A DNA stretch of 64,000 bases from Candidatus Binatia bacterium (GTDB taxonomy: Bacteria > Desulfobacterota > Binatia > Bin18). The stretch spans positions 512,001 to 576,000 of the forward strand of contig CAXXHG010000043.1 of NCBI GenBank assembly GCA_963666315.2, written 5' to 3'. This document shows, piece by piece, positions 57,303 through 64,000 of the stretch (position 1 is the stretch's first letter; each line of letters opens with the position of its first letter). The notes beneath the pieces were generated by a model. That model searched no databases and was not told where the DNA came from. It saw nothing but the letters and a program-made list of their open reading frames with translations. Made by a program: the position numbers and the translations under genes.

Positions 57303-58973
57303 TTAAGGAGGAAAGGTCTTCCAATCCAGCCACAGACGTCCGTCTCGATAGATACGTCCGGCAGGAGCGAGGCCGGTCGAATCGTCCTGAATTGCTGTGT
57401 GGACGTTGACCGTAGAGGCAAGAAGCGGATCACGGCCCAGGACAAAGCTCTGCTCACGGACGAGCACTATAGCGGCCTTATTCAGCAGGCGTGCGCGCTT
57501 GCGCGACGGCACAATCAGAAAAGCGATGTCTCGATCCCCACCCGGAGCCGCACGTCGAACCTGAGCCGTATCGAGCTTCCCTTCCCTTCCATCCTTTCCA
57601 TACTGAAAAAAACGTTCCAGTACTTCGGTATTGGCTCGAAACCCATCTCCGCCTTGCACCCGCTGAAAATAGGTCAAAATCTCCGGCTCCTGATGTCCGG
57701 CTTGGGGAACATCCGGGATCCCGTGTACAGACTGGTGTCTCCAGCCGGCAATACCCGGAACTTTACGCGCAAAAGCAAACGTTTGGTCAACCGTCACACC
57801 CAGCGAGGTATGGCAGCCCATACAGAACAAATGCTCTTCTTCAGTTTGCAGCCGTAGTTGACCGGCTGCATCCTCAATAAATCCTTGAAACTGCCAGCCA
57901 AAGACATTCCGCAAACCCACCAGGGGCGAGCCAGGAAAGAGCGGCGAGAGGCCCTCTTCTTTTTCGTCCCGCTCATGTTCATACGCCCGGAGCCGAGCCC
58001 AATCGTCAAGCCACTCGACTTTACGAGCGTAGCGGACTTCTTTCATCCGAGTGGATAGCAGAGAAGGAACATCCGTATCGATATAGCGTACCGTGTGTAA
58101 GAATTCCGTGCCTTGTGGATACAGATAGCGGTGGACTGCTATCTCTTGCGCCGCTCCAATATAGTGGGAGGGCAGTGTCCGGAGGTGCATAACAGCCGGC
58201 TGCATTATGCCATCTCCATCGAGGTCTTTCCCCGCTAGCTTCTCATTGAGCGGCTCGACTTCACGATCAATATCTTTCATCAAGGGATCAACGGCTATCG
58301 CCGCCTCAAGAATGGCCAGATTGAGTTTATAAATCGGACGTGATTGTCGACCGTACGTATCGGTCTGAAACGTACGTGGCAGGCGAATCATCACGTCGTC
58401 CGTACTGCCGTTCGTTGGCCAAAAGGTGCCCGGAAACGGCTTATACCGAATCGCCCGCCACCCACTGCCGTCCCGAGCAAAGCCTTCCCCGTCAAAGCCT
58501 TGGCGAAAGTCGAGGTCGGGCACATAACCCGGATAGTCCTGCCGGTTGTCTAAGGCAGCCCGCAGCGGGGTATAGTTATCCGCTCGGATATAGTCCAGCG
58601 CTTCAGCGTCAGAAATGTTTTCGATAGCTGCACGCCGGTCAATAAAAAGGTTTTGCCAGCGATTGGTCCGAGAAAAATCGCTAAAAGTATAGGCTGCCTG
58701 GAGAGGCCAATCGGTGAAACGATTCTCGCCGAGCGGCTGGGTGTGACACGTCCAACACGGATTGGATATGCCCGCAGTCCGCGTATAGCACTGCGGCGGG
58801 ACGGTTGCTTGTGTGTTGACGGTCTTCCCAATGCTCGCGCGCGCAACTGCGAGGGGATCGTACGCGTGGCTGGCTGGATACGTTGTGGCATTGTCTGGAC
58901 CACGACGCAGGAGTGTGATGAGAGCGGCAACCAGTACACATCCAAGCACGGTAGGCAACAGAACTCTTTCCAT
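57303..58973 (-). CDS. Membrane-anchored/exported protein with two CxxCH heme-c motifs, unknown function
   Basis: N-terminal TM; PPQCYTRT...NPCWTCH and EHLFCMGCH; FWPTNGSTDDVMIRLP. Confidence 0.75.
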   Translation of the reverse strand: MERVLLPTVLGCVLVAALITLLRRGPDNATTYPASHAYDPLAVARASIGKTVNTQATVPPQCYTRTAGISNPCWTCHTQPLGENRFTDWPLQAAYTFSDFSRTNRWQNLFIDRRAAIENISDAEALDYIRADNYTPLRAALDNRQDYPGYVPDLDFRQGFDGEGFARDGSGWRAIRYKPFPGTFWPTNGSTDDVMIRLPRTFQTDTYGRQSRPIYKLNLAILEAAIAVDPLMKDIDREVEPLNEKLAGKDLDGDGIMQPAVMHLRTLPSHYIGAAQEIAVHRYLYPQGTEFLHTVRYIDTDVPSLLSTRMKEVRYARKVEWLDDWARLRAYEHERDEKEEGLSPLFPGSPLVGLRNVFGWQFQGFIEDAAGQLRLQTEEEHLFCMGCHTSLGVTVDQTFAFARKVPGIAGWRHQSVHGIPDVPQAGHQEPEILTYFQRVQGGDGFRANTEVLERFFQYGKDGREGKLDTAQVRRAAPGGDRDIAFLIVPSRKRARLLNKAAIVLVREQSFVLGRDPLLASTVNVHTAIQDDSTGLAPAGRIYRDGRLWLDWKTFPP

Positions 58974-59044
58974 TTGTTCTTTTGACCGGAGTAAAAATAC
59001 GGTACAAGGAGGTATACTCATACACGAAAGCGAGTTACTGAGTC

Positions 59045-59356
59045 ATGCCATCTGCTGCGCTAAAAGTGAAGCACCCGTATGTGACGACAAAAAAAAGTGT
59101 CTGTCAGGGAAAGCCGACTGTTGTGGGGACTCGGATTCCCGTTTGGGCCATCGCAGGCTGGTATAAGAAAGGTTCTTCTGCAGAACAAATTCAACACAAC
59201 GTTTACCCAAGTCTTGGGTTAGCTGAGATTTATGATGCGCTGAGCTACTACCACGACCATAGAGAAGCAATTGACCACAAAGTAGAAGAAAATTCTCTCT
59301 CTTCCCGTGAGGTCAAAAAGCGGCAAGCCCGATGGCAGCAATCGCACTCTTCTTAG
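59045..59356 (+). CDS. DUF433-family antitoxin
   Basis: VCQGKPTVVGTRIPVWAI, YPSLGLAEIYDALSYYHDHREAID. Confidence 0.88.
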   Translation: MPSAALKVKHPYVTTKKSVCQGKPTVVGTRIPVWAIAGWYKKGSSAEQIQHNVYPSLGLAEIYDALSYYHDHREAIDHKVEENSLSSREVKKRQARWQQSHSS

Positions 59357-59673
59357 ACGAAGATGTACACGAAGATCTGGCTGCTGCGCTCAGTCGGAAA
59401 GGACTTGATGCTGTCAATGCGCACGAATGTGGCAGAAAGGGAGCAAAAGACGTAGAGCAATCAGCGTTTGCAGTGTCACAAAAGCGGGCGTTGATGACTT
59501 TTAACCTTGTCGACTTTGAGCTATTGGCAAACGAATAGTTCCAGCAGGGAAAACAATACTTCGGAATCATCGTATCGCCTCAGAGATCTCTACGAGAGAC
59601 ACTCCAACGTTTAGTCGACTTAGAAAGTCGATTTGTACGGGAATCTCTTATTGGGCAATTAGTGTATCTGTAA
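59332..59673 (+). pseudogene. DUF5615/PIN-like toxin with premature amber stop
   Basis: LFLDEDV, DVEQ, LMTFNLVDF; TAG at 59536-59538, frame continues FQQGKQYFGIIVSPQRSL...LVYL*. Confidence 0.85.
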
Positions 59674-59710
59674 AGAGCTCTGCTCGCTGGTCTCAGCAAG
59701 AGAGCCGTTG

Positions 59711-59965
59711 TCAGCTCGCCTTCTTCGTGCGAGCCTGGATCTCCTCAATAGAGACCGATTCTCCCTCCACCTGCTCCACTAGTTCCTGTGGCTATCCGGC
59801 CAGGTCGATATAGCCCGACGCATGCTGAAAGGTAATTCCCACCAGCCGGTCGTCCTTGTCAAACTCCCCCCACGCATACGGGCCGAGGTCACAGGTTTCT
59901 TCTAGCCGAGAGGGTGAGAACTGAATATCGAGTAGGTCCGCGCCTTTATAGTATTTCATGCGCAA
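59711..59965 (-). pseudogene. DUF2283-like small protein, probably with internal stop
   Basis: AGGAGG RBS; MKYYKGADLLDIQFS...EFDKDDRLVGITFQHAS; TAG at 59792-59794 followed by 26 more open codons. Confidence 0.6.
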
Positions 59966-60170
59966 GGCGCATCCTCCTGTCTATTTTCCAAGGAGCATCC
60001 AGCGAGTGAAGCGTTAAAACAAGAATCGCGAGAGCGGGAAATTGACTTAGACCGGCTGATTTCTACTTACACCTTTGGACCGCAGCGAATAAAGAAGTAT
60101 GACCATTTGTTATAAGAAAAGTCCCGCTCGTAAGAACGGGACGGTAGTGAGCTTCCTGTGGATCTATCCC

Positions 60171-60198
60171 CACCCTAAGGTGGCCCCACCTTAGGGTG
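60171..60198. repeat. Perfect 13-bp inverted repeat downstream of the LLM gene
   Basis: CACCCTAAGGTGG-CC-CCACCTTAGGGTG; no U-tract. Confidence 0.7.
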
Positions 60199-60226
60199 AA
60201 TCTGGTGCGAGCAATCAAGCCGACGT

Positions 60227-61438
60227 CTATGGGCTGGAGTTGTCGAGCTTAGGCACTACGTCCCGAGCAAAGAGCTCCATCTCCCGGAGCACATCGTGCG
60301 TAGGCTGCTGCGCCCAGTGCCAAATCAAAACCAGATACTCCACTGGAAGGCGATCGAGCTGGCTTTGGAGTTGTTCGCAAACGTCGTCGGCCGTCCCACC
60401 TACGTATAACCCACAGTCGATCACTGCCTGGACCGGATCGGCCTTGACCTTAGCCACGTCAAAGGCTTTGGGGAAGAACTTAGAATAAAAATCCACGTAG
60501 ATGTCTACATCATTGCGGGCGATCGATTGCCGGTACTCTTCCCGCGAGTTCGTGATGTGGACCCAACGTACAAGCGCCTGCTTCTCGCCAAAGCGGATAT
60601 TATACCCAGCCCCTTGCGCCGCCTCCCAGCACGCCTGCCCATGCTCTGCCGCTTTGTCGATCGGCGCGAAGTAGCACGGGACGAATCCCTTGCGCCCACA
60701 ATACACCGCCGACTCCTTGCTCGCACTTGTTGCCACAAACACCGGCGGATGGGGCTGCGTGTACGGAGCCGGGACGACACTCACCTTGCGCACCTCGTTG
60801 TTCGGCCCAATTTCACCCAGCGCCCCGCTCTTGCGCGCCAGCTCAGAGGCCGGGTAGCCTTCCACGCCGGTCTCGTAGGGATAGGGAATTTTGAAAAACT
60901 TTCCATCATATGACACCGCCTCCTGCGTCCAACATTGCAGGACGATGTCCATCTTCTCTTCGAAAATCTGCCGGTTCAGTTCATCATCATCTGACTCGTC
61001 CGATAACGTCGCCTTCGCGCCATAGTGCTGTCCTAGAACATTCGCCCAGCGGGACTGATAGCCACGGGCAAACCCAGCAAAAAACCGTCCCTCCAGAATG
61101 TGGTCCAAAATCGCACACTCCTCCGCCACCCGTACCGGGTCCTGCGTGCTCATCACATACCCCAGCGCCCCCATCCGAATATTTTTTGTCAGCCCCGCCC
61201 ACCAGGCGTTTAGGACGCCGGGACTGGGCCCCACCTCATATCCTTCGGAGTGAAAGTGATGCTCAATCGTGCTGAAGCCCCAGTAGCCCAGCTTGTCTGC
61301 GGCCACTGCCAGCTTTGCCCAGTCTCGAATCACCGCCTGGTACCGCTCGCTGTTGCGCCCGATGGGACGGAGAGTTTCCCGCTCTTTCCCCTCCGCGGGA
61401 ATCACCGGGTAGAGTTGGATGATCGGCTTGATGCTCAT
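60227..61438 (-). CDS. LLM-class flavin-dependent oxidoreductase
   Basis: TIEHHFHSEG, DPVRVAEECAILDHILEGR, PAPYTQPHPP. Confidence 0.92.
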   Translation of the reverse strand: MSIKPIIQLYPVIPAEGKERETLRPIGRNSERYQAVIRDWAKLAVAADKLGYWGFSTIEHHFHSEGYEVGPSPGVLNAWWAGLTKNIRMGALGYVMSTQDPVRVAEECAILDHILEGRFFAGFARGYQSRWANVLGQHYGAKATLSDESDDDELNRQIFEEKMDIVLQCWTQEAVSYDGKFFKIPYPYETGVEGYPASELARKSGALGEIGPNNEVRKVSVVPAPYTQPHPPVFVATSASKESAVYCGRKGFVPCYFAPIDKAAEHGQACWEAAQGAGYNIRFGEKQALVRWVHITNSREEYRQSIARNDVDIYVDFYSKFFPKAFDVAKVKADPVQAVIDCGLYVGGTADDVCEQLQSQLDRLPVEYLVLIWHWAQQPTHDVLREMELFARDVVPKLDNSSP

Positions 61439-61555
61439 ACATTTCTCCTCTCTATGAGTTATTCAGGGCCAAATCGAACAAACGGGGAAAATGTTTCATA
61501 GGGATTGAGTCAAATCAGGAGAGGGGAGACGGGAATCTCGTCTAGCCGATTCTTC

Positions 61556-61650
61556 TCACACCGCCTTGACCTCTTGCAAATCATTGGTATCAAACCCTTC
61601 CGCAAACCAGCTATAGACCTCGTCTAACACGTGATGAGCTTCTTCCTGTC
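61556..61650 (-). pseudogene. C-terminal remnant of a cyclase/AAA-ATPase/TPR protein
   Basis: EEAHHVLDEVYSWFAEGFDTNDLQEVKAV matches the family terminus VYxWFTEGFDTxDLxEAKALL. Confidence 0.7.
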
Positions 61651-61889
61651 TATGGGTATCAGAAAACCTCCGGAAGGCTATGCCGTCAAGAGGCGAAACA
61701 GCACTTTCGGTTTGTCTTGATGGAATCTCGTATCTTACCAATTTAAGCGGCGAAAGGAGATCACGATACGGCACGCCAACAAACTCCTTCCCCCCAAATC
61801 GGATTAACCAGCTCCCGCTCGTTGGCCTGCGAACGCCTCACCCTCAATATCTTCGGCTACTAGAAGTAGAGGGCGGCCTGTCTTAGCGA

Positions 61890-62125
61890 CTTTTTCAAGT
61901 ATCAGAACTAGTTCCCCCCATAGCATGTGAAGCCCCGGCTTCTATCGCGCCGCCTGTTATGTCAGCGCTGCGCTGTATAGAAGACGGGAACCCTTTGACC
62001 GAGCTATATGTGAATCTCCTAGCCCGAGCGATTGACAAGGACCGCATCGGAGAAGCACACCCCGCCTTCGTTAAGATTATAGAACAACTCTCCCCGGATG
62101 AAGCCCTTATCATGTTAAAGTACGT
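61890..62125 (+). pseudogene. Abi-alpha (DUF4393)-like remnant
   Basis: [18 protein letters not shown]...LTELYVNLLARAIDKDRIGEAHPAFVKIIEQLSPDEA; no intact 5' or 3' end. Confidence 0.65.
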
Positions 62126-62203
62126 GCTTTCTGTCCAACTTGCCCTGTTGCCCGTCTCACTCTGGAACACGATCGAGAATTGTGTTCCCGTCCTCTTGTT
62201 TCC

Positions 62204-62565
62204 TTACTTGCGGGGAGGCTTCGGAACCGTGCGTGAAGTCGGCATTCGTGAATCTATATCAGCCAGCCCCGACAAGATGATGGGGGCCGGTCGGGAAAGT
62301 CCGCGACCAAGCGGAGCTGGCCCCCCAGAGCTTCGACATAGCCGCGTAGCGTTGAAAGCAATAGATCCGTCCGTTTTTCCAACCGGGATACCCCCTCTTG
62401 TCCAATGCCCAGGGATTCCGCCATCCACTGTTGTGTGAGTTGATGGGCTTCGCGGAGATCCCGTAACGACATCTCTTCCGCAATTAACTCCGCCGCCAGG
62501 GCTGCCACGGCTTTCTGTTCATCCGCTGAGAGGCGGTTGATCATGTCTTTGAGTTGTACTGTCAT
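62204..62565 (-). pseudogene. XRE/HigA-like antitoxin with a -1 frameshift near the 3' end (HTH intact, may be functional)
   Basis: LRDLREAHQLTQQWMAESLGIGQEGVSRLEKRTDLLLSTLRGYVEALGGQLRLVADFPDRPP; natural tail IILSGLADID continues in another frame after a C5 run. Confidence 0.8.
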
Positions 62566-62930
62566 GACTGGTTTCCTCGTCGTTGTACTTGCACCAAATG
62601 CGCGTCAAAACGTTTATCCGCCGTGGCAATCAACCGTTTGTAACAGCGCTGCTCATTCTGACCCCCTTTGTCGCCAGCGGCCAACACGATTGCCTGCCGG
62701 ACTGGATCAAAGGCAAAGGCGACCCGCCACACTCCCTCGTCTGCCTAAAACCGTAATTCTTTCATATTCGCGTGGCGCGAGTTCTTGAGCGTATCCACGC
62801 GGGGGCGGCCAAGACGGGGACCAAATTTCTCTAGTAACCGGGCATGGGCAAGGACCTGTATCCGTACGGAAGCGGGCATACCCTAGATTTCCTCCGCAAA
62901 CGCATCATCAAAGAGGACCGTCTAGTTCAT
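62562..62930 (-). pseudogene. RelE/HigB (Gp49-like) toxin pseudogene with three in-frame TAG stops
   Basis: LLEKFGPRLGRPRVDTLKNSRHANMKELRF*...WRVAFAFDPVRQAIVLAAGDKGG; TAG at 62922, 62883, 62745; ATGA overlap with the antitoxin. Confidence 0.9.
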
Positions 62931-63029
62931 GTCTAATTGTGCACTTAAAAACATATGTTTTCAAGAACATCTTACAAAATGTTTACTGCCCTTTTTTCTT
63001 GCCTTGGTCCAAGATACCAGCCGCAGTGC

Positions 63030-63232
63030 TCACGCCCGGTCAATGAACAGCCGTAGCTTCACGACTTCTTCGGCCTACGTTTCTGTGCCGCTTTCCCGGT
63101 GGCAGCTGCTTCTATGCGTTGCCAGAATTCCGGGCTGACCTCGCGGTAATCGTCCCGCTCAACCACTTCCAAGAGCTTGGCTTCAACTTCATGACGGGAT
63201 GCAGCTTTCTTTTGGAGTTGAAAGTTCCATTT
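63030..63232 (-). pseudogene. ParD-like antitoxin 3' remnant plus toxin stub
   Basis: EVEAKLLEVVERDDYREVSPEFWQRIEAAA...KKS* overlapping GTGA start MKLRLFIDRA*. Confidence 0.5.
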
Positions 63233-63306
63233 TTACCGGAAAAATGGAAGTATGGATTCCATATTTCTTAACCCCTTGAATGGAAAGGTCTTTTTCTCAG
63301 CTATGT

Positions 63307-64000
63307 TTAATACCCCTGCGCCTGCCCACCAAACAAGCGCTTCAACCGTTCCACCGGCCAAAAGCGGTTGATCACCACAATAAACACCTTGCGCAGCCGG
63401 TCTTCCGGGCACTGCAGCGGCCGCATGGCGTGCCAGGATTTGTCGCGGCGGGCGAAGAGCAGGCTGCAATTGCCTATGGCTTTTGATTTCGAGACTTTGT
63501 CAAAGTCCTCTAGCCGTGGAGCGGACTTGCGAGGGAAGCGGCCCCCATCGTCGAGTAGCAATGTCTGGCCGCCCCAGGTGGGATCCCAGTCCTGTTCGGT
63601 GTTGAAATAAAAAATATGTGAGCCGAGCTTGTGCTTGGCATCGCAGTGCGGCGAGATAGAACAGCCACGTGGGGTATAGTGCCAGTGAAAGCTGAGTTCA
63701 AATGCTCTCGTCCCGAGCAAACGACTCAGAAAAGTCTGATAGGTCGGGCTACGCAACTCAGCCACAAAGTCTTTCCACTCGTGGACCACCGACAAGTCGT
63801 CGGAGTATCCCAAAATAAACCGGTCATGGCCTTGCTGCCCGTGGGCGCGTTGGTTGTCGAAGCTGGGGGTAAACTGTGTCTGGTCGGGCAGATTGTTTAA
63901 GAGCCGTTGATAGCCCTCCTCAGTCAGCAATCGTTCCGGATTGATCCATGGATACGGCTGCCGAGCCTGAAAAGCCACCGTATCAATCGCACTGAGCTGA
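63307..64000 (-). CDS. 2OG-Fe(II) oxygenase superfamily protein (5' end probably outside the window)
   Basis: SPHCD (HxD), WGGQT, SWH, RKVF; frame open to the window edge. Confidence 0.85.
   Translation of the reverse strand, partial: QLSAIDTVAFQARQPYPWINPERLLTEEGYQRLLNNLPDQTQFTPSFDNQRAHGQQGHDRFILGYSDDLSVVHEWKDFVAELRSPTYQTFLSRLLGTRAFELSFHWHYTPRGCSISPHCDAKHKLGSHIFYFNTEQDWDPTWGGQTLLLDDGGRFPRKSAPRLEDFDKVSKSKAIGNCSLLFARRDKSWHAMRPLQCPEDRLRKVFIVVINRFWPVERLKRLFGGQAQGY

Noticed and set aside
60171-60198. Perfect inverted repeat as a transposon end or intrinsic terminator
   Set aside because: No transposase, partner repeat, target duplication or U-tract; kept only as a hairpin
29395-62930. Amber stop-codon reassignment (alternative genetic code)
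   Set aside because: Intact genes end at TAG at their expected family termini (e.g. 12828, 15016, 49909), and internal TAGs occur only in genes or modules that look decayed

Overview
64-kb stretch of a moderately GC-rich diderm bacterial chromosome (bamD, murJ, uup, cysD/cysNC). The gene style (many luciferase-like monooxygenases, CaiB CoA-transferases, D-aminoacylase, MMPL) resembles Binatota/deltaproteobacteria-type genomes; this is inference only. Main blocks: (1) a duplicated TetR-MMPL envelope transport locus with three intact MMPL paralogues, one internally deleted copy, a LolA-like carrier and an AMIN-fused outer-membrane barrel (1.9-15.0 kb); (2) a catabolic cluster of two CoA-transferases, an SDR, two LLMs and a secreted hydrolase; (3) a pair of secreted six-cysteine paralogues beside an orphan MCE protein; (4) an acyl-CoA ligase, an FAH-family enzyme and a Tat-exported molybdo-flavoenzyme; (5) a SAM-I riboswitch-controlled sulfur-carrier operon (moeB-like, thrC-like, ubiquitin-like carrier, cysM, NIL, second moeB-like, cysD, cysNC). 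The strongest novelty candidate is in block 5: the two MoeB/ThiF proteins have complementary motif losses, suggesting a bacterial heterodimeric E1 built like eukaryotic SUMO/NEDD8 E1s. The window also shows heavy gene decay, with many internally deleted or nonsense pseudogenes, especially toxin-antitoxin modules. No tRNA, rRNA, CRISPR array, integrase or transposase was recognised.
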